From an uncultured Candidatus Saccharibacteria bacterium (GTDB lineage: Bacteria > Patescibacteriota > WWE3 > UBA101185 > UBA10185), in contig CAZXUJ010000003.1 of NCBI GenBank assembly GCA_964643995.1, positions 349 through 64,348 on the forward strand: a DNA stretch of 64,000 bases, read 5' to 3'. The first letter of the stretch is position 1; every line of letters begins with the position of its first letter. Under the pieces are notes generated by a model. The model saw nothing but the letters and a program-made list of their open reading frames with translations. It did no database searches and was not told where the DNA came from. Positions 37,801-47,403 of the stretch are shown here, one piece after another. A program made the translations under genes and the position numbers.

Positions 37801-37841
37801 AGTGTTCCTATTATATCCTCTTAACGTGTTAGAATTTTCAT

Positions 37842-38570
37842 ATGCCTGCTAAAGTTTATAAGTACAAACCCAGACCTACTAGAGCTCAATATATCTTGTT
37901 CAAAACCATTTCCAACATACTTGTTTTGGGTGGTATATTGTTTCTTCTATTAGCATTTGGACCTGTCATAAAAGATGAGGCAAGCTATTTTTACATGAAG
38001 TTAAAATCGCAGAAATTTGTCTTAGTTAACCGCACTGTCGGGGAAAACCTCCCAGCCGATGTGTCTGAAAGGGGAAGTCTATTTGCAAGGTTATTGTCGA
38101 CTAGTCCCATTGAGCTTACTCCCGTAAACAAAGATTTTGCACTAGTGATAGAAAAGATTGGTTTAAATGCTCCCGTAGTTGCGGACGTTTCTGTAACTAA
38201 CCCTGACGCATATAATTTGGCATTGAAGGAGGGTATCGCGCATGCCTCGATATCCAATTATCCTTCTGGTGAAGCGGGCAATACCTATTTGTTCGCCCAT
38301 GCTTCAACTAATTTTTGGGAGTTGGGGCAGTACGCAACTGTTTTCAATCTCTTAAGGAAGCTTGAGGTAGGGGATAGAGCCCATATTTTCTTCGATAGTA
38401 AAGAGTTTGTATATGAGGTGGTTAACGTTGAAGTGTTGGACGGATGGAATACCTATCCAATCACGCGACCAGTAATAGAACCTACATTAACTTTGCAGAC
38501 TTGCGACCCACCTGGAACTACACTCAACAGGCTCGTGGTAACTTCAAAGTTGCTTGAGATAAAAGAGTGA
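37842..38570 (+). CDS. Second sortase-family transpeptidase (membrane anchored)
   Basis: N-terminal transmembrane segment, His motif YLFAHAS, catalytic Cys motif TLQTCDP. Confidence 0.7.
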   Translation: MPAKVYKYKPRPTRAQYILFKTISNILVLGGILFLLLAFGPVIKDEASYFYMKLKSQKFVLVNRTVGENLPADVSERGSLFARLLSTSPIELTPVNKDFALVIEKIGLNAPVVADVSVTNPDAYNLALKEGIAHASISNYPSGEAGNTYLFAHASTNFWELGQYATVFNLLRKLEVGDRAHIFFDSKEFVYEVVNVEVLDGWNTYPITRPVIEPTLTLQTCDPPGTTLNRLVVTSKLLEIKE

Positions 38571-38571
38571 C

Positions 38572-39765
38572 TTATCTAATACCTATGGTATACAAATCAG
38601 TTTGCTCGTTTGATCTAAAGGATGTAAGGAAGATCAACTTATCTCCTCCTGGTGTGCTGTAAACGTTTCTTGAGTTCATAGTATTGTTGTACACTTCTGT
38701 TTTATTTGTGCCATCAATTCTTATTATGCTTATTGTGCCTCTATTATCTTTTTCAATATCGCCTTCAACTAGTAGTAAATGAAAGCTATCTGCGTACCAC
38801 GAAATAGCTGGTTGAGGATCTGTTTTATTTGTTGTAAAAACAATGTTCTCAACTTTTTCGCCTACTGGTAGAGGTTTTTCTAGGTTGTATACTCTATATT
38901 CCAGATTTTCACCATTTTCTACAACATATAGAAACTTCTGTTCATCTGGTGACCAAACAGTTCCTGACGCTACTGCAATTGCAGCTATGTCGTCTGGTAT
39001 AAAAAGTTTGGCAATGAAGTCCTGTCTTTTCTTTATCAACTCTGTTTCCCAGGTGTTTCTCAATAGCTCGGGGGAGGCAGTAGACTGTGTAGTTTTATTT
39101 TTAATATCTATAACGTAGTACAAGTCGTTGTCTGTCTGTAGTAGTAGTTCATCTTCATCTGGTGACCACTCGATTGATTTACTGTTTGAATATATTATCG
39201 CTTGGGTGTCTTCGATAGCGACATAAGGCTCTGCCCTGAACAAGCTGATGCCCAAGTCGTTTAAAGGTATTATCCATACTCCAGATTCTTGCCCGTCTTT
39301 AGAAAGATATGCCAACTTGCTTAAACTGTGTGACACAACTGGCATTCGTGCGCCGGTGTTTGTCAAAGGTTCCAGTCTTGGGGTTTGTGAGATTAGTACA
39401 GCAGTAACATCCGTAACCAATTCCGCGAACACTTCAACTTTTTTGCCCCATGGTACATAACCGTTTCTTATTATTCTAAGATCGTATTCTCCTGGGTCCA
39501 GCGCGGATATGGTGTCGTTTGTAGCTGTAAATAAAACACCGTTAATATATACATTCGCGCCCTCTGGGGTAGACTTAGCGCTTATCAACCCCGTTCTCTT
39601 TAAATCCACATTCACATTGTTCTGGTTTTTGCTCAGTCGGTACCCGGATGTATATAGGTATATTAGTGTGGTTGCACCAAGTAGTAGTAAGACAGTAACA
39701 AGTGTATGCATAAAGTGTTTTCTTATTGGATTGTTGTCTTGAAGTTTTTCTTGCGTGTTTTCCAT
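38572..39765 (-). CDS. Membrane-anchored PEGA-domain protein with TolB-like beta-propeller
   Basis: Transmembrane anchor, PEGA motif STPEGANVYINGVLFTATNDT...YDLRIIRNGYVPW, then a repeated propeller-like region (WSPDEDELLLQTD.., WSPDEQKFLYV..). Confidence 0.55.
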   Translation of the reverse strand: MENTQEKLQDNNPIRKHFMHTLVTVLLLLGATTLIYLYTSGYRLSKNQNNVNVDLKRTGLISAKSTPEGANVYINGVLFTATNDTISALDPGEYDLRIIRNGYVPWGKKVEVFAELVTDVTAVLISQTPRLEPLTNTGARMPVVSHSLSKLAYLSKDGQESGVWIIPLNDLGISLFRAEPYVAIEDTQAIIYSNSKSIEWSPDEDELLLQTDNDLYYVIDIKNKTTQSTASPELLRNTWETELIKKRQDFIAKLFIPDDIAAIAVASGTVWSPDEQKFLYVVENGENLEYRVYNLEKPLPVGEKVENIVFTTNKTDPQPAISWYADSFHLLLVEGDIEKDNRGTISIIRIDGTNKTEVYNNTMNSRNVYSTPGGDKLIFLTSFRSNEQTDLYTIGIR

Positions 39766-39826
39766 GCGGAGTTATTCTAACTCTTATGTGCCAGCGCTTC
39801 AACTGATTGTTGTGTATAATGTGCTC

Positions 39827-40921
39827 ATGATTATTGGCATAGATGCCTCCCATCTCAACCCTTTAAATATGTCTGGTACCCAAACCTATTTATACAGTCT
39901 TTTACGTAATATTGCTCTTATTGACGACACTAATACATACTATGTCTATACACGGTATCCGGTGACAACTGCTTTCTTTTCTGAAATGACTTGTGGAAAA
40001 CCGAATTTTACCTGTATTGCTTTGCAAAGCAAGCTGTCTTGGACACAACATGCTTTGGCATTCCGCACATTCAAAGACAAACCTAATGTGCTATTTTGTC
40101 CTTGGCAAACTATGCCAGTAATACACTATTATGCCACAAGAATAGTTGGTGTTATACATGGTCTCGAGTATAGTTTTTTACGTTTTTGTCCTACTTTTTA
40201 CACCGCTTTGTTTTCTGATAAGCTCATAGGTGTCTCAAATTTCACCAAAGCTTCTCTTTTGACTAAAATTCCATTTTTGAACCCAAAATTAAGTGTAATA
40301 TATGAGGGTGTTGATGCCAAACATTTTCATAAACTGGCGAAAAATAATATTACCCCTGTCTTGGCAAAATACAATATTAATTCCTCATATATTTTTTTCG
40401 TTGGTTATATGGTTGCACGTAAGAATATCGAGCGCTTGCTTGTGGCATATGCTAAGTATCATAAAAGAGTTTCCAATCCAACAAATTTAGTTTTAGGTGG
40501 TAAAGTGCCTCCTGAAAGTCAGTATCTTCTTCAACTTCCGGAGAAGTTAGGTATTGCTGAAAATGTGCAATTTTTAGGTTATGTGCCTGAAGATGATCTC
40601 CCAGCTTTGCTATCAGGAGCTCAAGCATTGTCATATGTTTCTTTAAGTGAGGGCTTTGGGTTACCTCCCCTTGAGGCTATGGCTTGTCAAACACCCGTGT
40701 TAAGCTCGTTAGCAGGTGCTTTGCCTGAGGTTTGTTCTGATGCAGCGTTACTTGTTGATCCTCTAAATATTGATGCAATAAGCAACGGTATAGAAGAAAT
40801 CTTATCAGATGCTGCTTTACGTAAAAAATTAGTTTTGCGGGGACTTATGAATATTCAAAAATTCGATTGGAGTATAACTGCTAGGCAAGTATTGGATATA
40901 CTAATTGCTCAGGAGGCATAA
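39827..40921 (+). CDS. GT4-family glycosyltransferase
   Basis: MIIGIDASHL start with a TATAAT just upstream. C-terminal EGFGLPPLEAMACQTPVL nucleotide-sugar-binding motif. The ORF is open from 39755, but that start would overlap the divergent gene. Confidence 0.75.
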   Translation: MIIGIDASHLNPLNMSGTQTYLYSLLRNIALIDDTNTYYVYTRYPVTTAFFSEMTCGKPNFTCIALQSKLSWTQHALAFRTFKDKPNVLFCPWQTMPVIHYYATRIVGVIHGLEYSFLRFCPTFYTALFSDKLIGVSNFTKASLLTKIPFLNPKLSVIYEGVDAKHFHKLAKNNITPVLAKYNINSSYIFFVGYMVARKNIERLLVAYAKYHKRVSNPTNLVLGGKVPPESQYLLQLPEKLGIAENVQFLGYVPEDDLPALLSGAQALSYVSLSEGFGLPPLEAMACQTPVLSSLAGALPEVCSDAALLVDPLNIDAISNGIEEILSDAALRKKLVLRGLMNIQKFDWSITARQVLDILIAQEA

Positions 40922-40924
40922 ATT

Positions 40925-41809
40925 ATGCAGGTTGCTGAAAAGTACATACTGGGTACTAAAATAAATCATAATCTTTCATACTCGTCTGTTTGCTCTGAGA
41001 TAGACAACTATATAGCAGCAGATACTCGGGGGCTGATTTGTACTACAAATCCAGAGTTTGTGATGAAGGCCCAGCAAGACAAAGAATTCCAGAATTTGAT
41101 AAACGTATCTTTGCTTTCATTACCTGATGGTTTTGGAGTTCTCATCGCTCTTGAGTTCTCCGAATACGTCATTCGGCATAACGTAACCTCCCCTATTATA
41201 AGGATGTTTCTATGGTGTTACTTTTGTGTTAAGTGTTTTCTCTTTAAAAGTAACTTTGGAAATACTGTGACAGGTGTTGATTTAATCACACATTTATGTC
41301 GATTAGCTTCTGAAAAAGGTTATTCAGTATTCTTTTTAGGCGGTAGACCACGTGATGTCTTCGGCCATGCCTTAGATCATGTCTCCATTGATCTAGCTAC
41401 TGAAACAGCTTCTATTATGAAAAAGTGTTTTCCAAACCTTAAGGTTATAGGTGCTACTTCGAAGTTTAATTCGGACATTTCTGATGACGCCAAATCCTCT
41501 GCATATATCTCGAAATGTATGTCTAATAATAATGTAACATCTGTTGACATTATATTAGTCGCATATAATTTTGTTGCTCAGGAGAAGTGGTTATCTAGAA
41601 ACATGTCTAAAATTAATGCCAGTATAGGTATAGGTGTGGGCGGCTCTTTTGATTATATATCTGGTTATGTCTCACGTCCTCCTATAATAGTACGACGTTT
41701 ACATCTAGAATGGCTGTATAGATTATTGATGCACCCTTTCAGAGCTAAAAGAGTGTTTGACGCACTTTTTAGATTCAGTAAATCTATGATTTTTGCTCAA
41801 AATGATTGA
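40925..41809 (+). CDS. WecB/TagA/CpsF (GT26) family glycosyltransferase
   Basis: Core motifs ILVAYNFVAQEKWL and IGIGVGGSFDYISGYVSRPP. Confidence 0.65.
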   Translation: MQVAEKYILGTKINHNLSYSSVCSEIDNYIAADTRGLICTTNPEFVMKAQQDKEFQNLINVSLLSLPDGFGVLIALEFSEYVIRHNVTSPIIRMFLWCYFCVKCFLFKSNFGNTVTGVDLITHLCRLASEKGYSVFFLGGRPRDVFGHALDHVSIDLATETASIMKKCFPNLKVIGATSKFNSDISDDAKSSAYISKCMSNNNVTSVDIILVAYNFVAQEKWLSRNMSKINASIGIGVGGSFDYISGYVSRPPIIVRRLHLEWLYRLLMHPFRAKRVFDALFRFSKSMIFAQND

Positions 41810-41840
41810 CAACTAACTTTGGGTATGCCAACATTATTTC

Positions 41841-42827
41841 ATGCAATTAGAGGACAGGTTTTTTACATCAACTGAAGTAGCAGAAATATTAGGCGTAAGC
41901 TTGAGATCTGTATACCGATACTTAGAAGAAGGTAAGATAGATGCTGAAATTAAAACTGCCACCGGACGTCATAGATTTACTAGACAAAACATCTTAAACT
42001 TTTTATATCCAGATGGTCAGCAAATTGAAGAGGAGCCAAGTCGCCGTAGTGCTACTAGTCCCGCAACAGTAATGCAGAATAGTATGCCCGTTAGTGCGCG
42101 TGTCATACAACCTCATGCACCATCAGTAGCTCAGGCTACATCATCTCAGCATGTCGTTGCAGAGTCAGCACCTACTGAACCAGTTAATAATCCGATACAA
42201 AACACTGTACAAGCAGCTGTCGCTGTTGAGGAGGAGGAAGTAGATTGGTTATCGAAATTTAGAGCTGCTGCTCAAAAACATCGTGAGCAGATGCAAGCAG
42301 AAGTTGCAAAAGCCCCAGTTGTTGAACCAACATCAACTCCAATTCCTACGCCCGCAGCACAGGTTGTAACTCCGATGGAGCCCCAGTCTGAAAAAATTCA
42401 CATTGATTCTTTAAGCTCTTTAACCGAGGAAAAGTCTTATTCTAGTGAGTTTGTCTTTTACTATACAAGTGGTGTTGGTGGCTTAAAGGAGCTTGCACAG
42501 TACATAAATAAAGCAGCTAAGAAAGCCGGAGTTCCATATGCATTTACTATGAATGCGGGCTTATCTTTACATAAGCTTATTAGACCCTTCTCTGTATTAC
42601 ACATATATGTAAAAAGTGAAGATAGGTCATTTTTTGAGAGAACGCTTGAGCTTTCCCCTGTAGATAAGTCTTCTGCGCAACTAGCAATATTTATAGATCG
42701 CTCCTCAGTTCTTAAATCTGTAAATGAAGTGCACGGTCTGAGTGTTGTATCAAATGAACAACTTAAAAAAGATCTTCTTAATTCTGGAGAAGATGACTTA
42801 GCCAGAGAATTGAACGATTTATCATGA
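41841..42827 (+). CDS. DNA-binding protein with N-terminal excisionase/MerR-type HTH and low-complexity P/A-rich linker
   Basis: FFTSTEVAEILGVSLRSVYRYLEEGKI matches the HTH_17 pattern. The remainder is not recognisable. Confidence 0.45.
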   Translation: MQLEDRFFTSTEVAEILGVSLRSVYRYLEEGKIDAEIKTATGRHRFTRQNILNFLYPDGQQIEEEPSRRSATSPATVMQNSMPVSARVIQPHAPSVAQATSSQHVVAESAPTEPVNNPIQNTVQAAVAVEEEEVDWLSKFRAAAQKHREQMQAEVAKAPVVEPTSTPIPTPAAQVVTPMEPQSEKIHIDSLSSLTEEKSYSSEFVFYYTSGVGGLKELAQYINKAAKKAGVPYAFTMNAGLSLHKLIRPFSVLHIYVKSEDRSFFERTLELSPVDKSSAQLAIFIDRSSVLKSVNEVHGLSVVSNEQLKKDLLNSGEDDLARELNDLS

Positions 42828-42862
42828 ACTATAAACTAATACTGTGCTAGAATAACCACAGT

Positions 42863-44413
42863 ATGTCCCCAAACAAAAAAGGAATAATTCAAGCTTTAGA
42901 AGATTTGATAATTGATAAGGATGCTATCAATCAAAACAAAAAGATTTTGATGGTTGGCGCAGAGGTTGCTCCATATGCTTATGTAGGTGGCGTTGCAATG
43001 GTTTTGGGATACTTATCAAAGGCTTTAAGTGATCTCGGTTGTGATGTAAGACTTTTTATGCCAAAGTTTTACAGTATAGATGAGGATAAGTATAAGCTGA
43101 CTACTATACATGAGGGTTTACAGGTACCTACAGATGATGAAGATACACCTTATTTAATTTGTAACGTTAAGGAGGCGACTGCGCCTCATGGGGTTAAGAT
43201 ATATTTTTTGGAGAACCAGGAATATTACGAAAAACGCGCTAACATATATGGCTATAGTGATGATCCCACAAGATGGGCACTTCTCTCTAGAGGTGTTCTA
43301 GAATTTATAAAAACAAAAATTTTTATCCCTGATGTTATACATAGCAATGATTGGCATACTGGTCTGATTTCGAACTACATGACTACATCTTACAGAAAAG
43401 ACCCTGTAATAGAGAATATAACTAGTGTATTTACAATTCACAGCCTTAAATATCAGGGAAACTTTGATCACCATAACGTTCCTGAACTAGATATCGATGA
43501 TGGTCGCTCTGCTGTAGCGCCACTTTTCTCAGATCGTCTAAACAAACAGAATTTCATGCGTAGGGGAATTTTACACAGTGCTGTGGTGAACACTGTTTCT
43601 AAAAAGTATGCCAAAGAGGTTTTAACCCCTGAATTTGGGGAGGGTTTAGATAGGCTTTTATTGGAATTACAGGGTAAGTTCTTTGGGATAATGAATGGGC
43701 TTGATTACACTGTTATGGATTCTCGCACGGATAAGCTGATCCCACATAACTATGGTATTGGAACATTGGGCAAGCGTTCTGAGAATAAGAGAGCTCTACA
43801 AAAAGAATTCGAGTTAAAGGTGGATGATAAGATTCCTCTATTTGCCATTGTAGGTCGTTTAGATTATCAGAAGGGAATTGATCTTGTTGTTAAAACTATG
43901 CATCATGCTATGAAAGATTACGATATTCAGTTTGTTCAAGTAGGGGGGGGCGATTCATCCCTTGTACAAATGCTTCAACAATTAAAGGAGTCTTTCCCGG
44001 ATAGGGTGGGGATTCACACTTATCCTAATTTCAGCCTACCGCGTTTAGTTTTTGCTGGTAGCGATGTAATTTTATACCCATCTCGCTTTGAGCCTTGCGG
44101 GGTAGTTCAACTTGAGGCTATGCGCTATGGTGCTATACCACTTGTACGTTGGGTAGGTGGCCTTGCGGATAGCGTAGAAAACTTTGACTCAATTACGATG
44201 ACTGGCACTGGTTTTGTCTTTAAAGAATTTAATGAGTTTGCATTATTTGGACAAATTGTCCGTGCAATAGAGCTTTATAACCACAAAAATATTTGGAATA
44301 CTTTGCAGAAGAATGCCATGAAAGCTGACTTTAGCTGGGATTCCAGTGCAAAAGAATACATCAAACTTTATACGTTGTCTAAGTCATTTCATGACAACCG
44401 ATTACTGTCATAA
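42863..44413 (+). CDS. glgA: Glycogen/alpha-glucan synthase, GT5 family (GlgA-like)
   Basis: KILMVGAEVAPYAYVGGVAMVLGYLSKAL N-terminus (the K-x-GGL region of starch synthases) and a GT-B C-terminal half. Confidence 0.8.
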   Translation: MSPNKKGIIQALEDLIIDKDAINQNKKILMVGAEVAPYAYVGGVAMVLGYLSKALSDLGCDVRLFMPKFYSIDEDKYKLTTIHEGLQVPTDDEDTPYLICNVKEATAPHGVKIYFLENQEYYEKRANIYGYSDDPTRWALLSRGVLEFIKTKIFIPDVIHSNDWHTGLISNYMTTSYRKDPVIENITSVFTIHSLKYQGNFDHHNVPELDIDDGRSAVAPLFSDRLNKQNFMRRGILHSAVVNTVSKKYAKEVLTPEFGEGLDRLLLELQGKFFGIMNGLDYTVMDSRTDKLIPHNYGIGTLGKRSENKRALQKEFELKVDDKIPLFAIVGRLDYQKGIDLVVKTMHHAMKDYDIQFVQVGGGDSSLVQMLQQLKESFPDRVGIHTYPNFSLPRLVFAGSDVILYPSRFEPCGVVQLEAMRYGAIPLVRWVGGLADSVENFDSITMTGTGFVFKEFNEFALFGQIVRAIELYNHKNIWNTLQKNAMKADFSWDSSAKEYIKLYTLSKSFHDNRLLS

Positions 44414-44575
44414 CTTGTATATCTTTGACATGATGTTAATGTTGTGTTAACATTTCATTATAGGTTGTAGTTTGTACCCTGGAGAGGAATTTAATTTCCT
44501 ATTCTGTGGGCAGGAGAATAGGAATGGTCCTTTCCAGGATATAGATTACAACTACCTTTTTTCCTCTTCTGAAAG

Positions 44576-45826
44576 ATGATAGAATACCTTGTGATGTTGT
44601 CATTATTGCTCCATTTATATCAGCCGTCCTATCAAGATAAGCAGATCTTTAAGAGAATTGCTGACGAGTCTTACATCCCATTAATTAGGTTTCTAAAAGC
44701 GAATAAAAATTTTAAGGTAACTCTTAATACACCTCTTAGTTTTCTTGAGTCGTTGGATAAGTTTGGTTACAACAGTATGATAAGCGATCTACATTTTCTT
44801 TTAGACCGTAAGCAGGTTGAACTTGTTGGTAGTGGCGCATACCATCCTTTACTTCCTAAAATCCCAAATCATATCGCTGAAAAGGAAATTATTTTAAATG
44901 AATATGGCCTTGGTTACTATTTTGGTAGACGTCAAGGTTTTGAAGGTGAAAACGCGATTCTCGTAAGTAACATTAATGGATTTTTTCCTCCAGAATTAGC
45001 TATCAATAACGATGTACTTCGCTTACTAGATTCACTTGGCTATCGTTGGGTACTCGTAGATCACACCGCTGTTCTAAATGAAAAACCATCAGCAATATAT
45101 TCAGTTAGTGGACTAAATATAAAAGTAATTGTTAGAAATTCTACTCTGAGTAACATGCTAGCTTTCTCACGTTCTTCTGACATCGAAAATCTTAAAGAAT
45201 CATTACTGAGCAGCAATAATCATGTCCTAGCAATGGATGGCGAGACATTTGGACATCATAACAGGTCAGGTATCGATTTGCTATATTCATTAATGGATAC
45301 TCTTACATCTGTTAACATCCAGACAGCTACATGTAGTGAGTATTTATCATATCACTCTGCCTTGGAAATAACTGGCTTATCGGAAAGTACATGGAGCACA
45401 TATGTAAAAGAAGGTAAAATAGAAAATACATATCCTTTGTGGGCTTCTGTGGATAATACAGTGCAGTCTAAACAATGGGAACTGTTAAATTTAGTTAATA
45501 GTGCCTACAATGAACCTCAAATCACTATACAGGACGATCAGTATGCTAATAAGCCTCTTTGGCATCTAGGAGCTGTGGTAAAAGATATTAAAGACCCCTC
45601 TTTAGTCCAAGATGTGTTGAAAGAGATTATTTTACTTCGTTTGCAGAATAGCGACCAGTTCTTCTGGTCTTCTAACGTAACACTGCCCTTAGGCGAGCAT
45701 TTGTATGACAAGGTACTACTTAGTAAGTCTTTAAATCTGTTCTCTGACTATAAACAACTTTGTGCACCTTCGAAGTATTTAAGTGAGCTTGAGTTCAAGA
45801 TTAACGAACTTCGTCAATTAATATAA
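44576..45826 (+). CDS. GH57-family alpha-glucan-active enzyme (amylase/branching/4-alpha-glucanotransferase-type)
   Basis: LLHLYQP N-terminus (GH57 HQP block) and MDGETFGHH (catalytic Glu block). Confidence 0.65.
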   Translation: MIEYLVMLSLLLHLYQPSYQDKQIFKRIADESYIPLIRFLKANKNFKVTLNTPLSFLESLDKFGYNSMISDLHFLLDRKQVELVGSGAYHPLLPKIPNHIAEKEIILNEYGLGYYFGRRQGFEGENAILVSNINGFFPPELAINNDVLRLLDSLGYRWVLVDHTAVLNEKPSAIYSVSGLNIKVIVRNSTLSNMLAFSRSSDIENLKESLLSSNNHVLAMDGETFGHHNRSGIDLLYSLMDTLTSVNIQTATCSEYLSYHSALEITGLSESTWSTYVKEGKIENTYPLWASVDNTVQSKQWELLNLVNSAYNEPQITIQDDQYANKPLWHLGAVVKDIKDPSLVQDVLKEIILLRLQNSDQFFWSSNVTLPLGEHLYDKVLLSKSLNLFSDYKQLCAPSKYLSELEFKINELRQLI

Positions 45827-45830
45827 AATA

Positions 45831-47372
45831 ATGAAACTACTTACTTTGTTACACTTATATCAGCCTTATAATCAAAAGGATGAGGTAGTACGTAAGGTTA
45901 CTAATGAGTCTTATTTACCTCTAACGGTTGGTCTGTTGAATACACCAAGTGCTCAGTGTACTTTCAACATCTCCGGTTCTTTACTCATCTTACTACAAAG
46001 GAATGGATTTAGTAGTGTAATAGATAATATTGGTAAGTTAATAGAACGCGGACAGGTTGAGTTAACTTCAAGTGCAATGTATCATTCTTTACTACCTTTA
46101 ATGCCACAGGGTGAAATAAGGAGACAAGTAGACCAACACAATAAAACTTGTACTGAGATATTTGGTTCATTATATAAACCTACTGGGTTTTTTCCGCCTG
46201 AAATGGGGATATCTGCTGGTTTACTAGCCCAAATAGCTACTTATGGGTATACCTGGATGCCCGTACCTGATTTAGCTTCCCCTGAAGTTAAAAGACATGA
46301 TGGGGTTTATATTCATGACAAGTCAGGAATAAAGCTTCTTTTTAGGAACAAAAGAGTTAGTTCGTTGGTTTTATCATCCGTAGTGAAAAGCGCCGCAGAT
46401 CTGCTAAAAGAAACCCAAGATATACTAAATGAGTTGTTCTGGTTTGTAATTGTCGACGGTGAAACTTTTGGCCATCATCGTATTGGTCATGAGAAAGCAT
46501 TGTTTAACATATTCAACTCTCCCAAAATACAAACCTTAACTGTTGATAATTATCTGAAAACTATCTCTGGAGACTTACCTAAGGTTACTGTGCGTTCTTG
46601 TACGTGGACAAATAGTGAACAGGATTTTTTTCTTGAGGCTGAGGGTAAGGAAAATTCATTTACCTTATGGCACGATCCTGAAAATCCCATCCATACTGCT
46701 CAGTGGAAATTAACGAATTTGGCTATTAAAGCGGTAAATGACTATCCAGAAAAAGATTCCGATTTGTGGAAAGGTGCACGAACCACTTTAGATTATGCCA
46801 TTGCCTCTGATCAATATTGGTGGGCGAGTGCTAAGCCTTGGTGGAGTCTTGAGATGATAGAGTTGGGAGCTTTTACTTTGAAAGACATAGTTATGAATCT
46901 AAATTTACCAGCTGAAGTTAAAGCACAGGCAGACCAACTGTACAGACAAATACTAGACAAAGCCTTTGAATGGCACCGCACGGGTTACGTGCAAAAAGTT
47001 CATATGTCATACGCTGCCTATCATGACAAAAAACCCTTTAAGGACCAAGCACACCTTGAATGGTACAACCAAGTAATTTTAGAGTTCGAGGATGAAATGA
47101 ATAAGGCAGCATCTAAGATGAACTATGAATTAGCTGTTAAATGGAGAGATGCCATAATAAAACTCAAGCAGGGTAATGATATTTTCGATGTTTTACACGT
47201 AATCGATGATTTATGGAGTGCCCGCACAATACCTTCCGTAAAACCATTCTTTGACCACGCTTATGAGGAATTTTCGACTTTTGCAAAGGAATACTTCTTA
47301 GGCTTTAAAACCAAGGAAGAGTTTGAGGAATGGAAGGCCAATAAAATAAAAAGATACACCCAGCAATCGTGA
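45831..47372 (+). CDS. Second GH57-family enzyme with C-terminal UVR (UvrB/UvrC-type) motif
   Basis: LLHLYQPYNQ and VDGETFGHH. The C-terminal ELAVKWRDAIIKLKQ resembles a UVR helical hairpin. Confidence 0.6.
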   Translation: MKLLTLLHLYQPYNQKDEVVRKVTNESYLPLTVGLLNTPSAQCTFNISGSLLILLQRNGFSSVIDNIGKLIERGQVELTSSAMYHSLLPLMPQGEIRRQVDQHNKTCTEIFGSLYKPTGFFPPEMGISAGLLAQIATYGYTWMPVPDLASPEVKRHDGVYIHDKSGIKLLFRNKRVSSLVLSSVVKSAADLLKETQDILNELFWFVIVDGETFGHHRIGHEKALFNIFNSPKIQTLTVDNYLKTISGDLPKVTVRSCTWTNSEQDFFLEAEGKENSFTLWHDPENPIHTAQWKLTNLAIKAVNDYPEKDSDLWKGARTTLDYAIASDQYWWASAKPWWSLEMIELGAFTLKDIVMNLNLPAEVKAQADQLYRQILDKAFEWHRTGYVQKVHMSYAAYHDKKPFKDQAHLEWYNQVILEFEDEMNKAASKMNYELAVKWRDAIIKLKQGNDIFDVLHVIDDLWSARTIPSVKPFFDHAYEEFSTFAKEYFLGFKTKEEFEEWKANKIKRYTQQS

Positions 47373-47403
47373 CACTTTACATTCATGTTGTTATCATTAG
47401 CTC

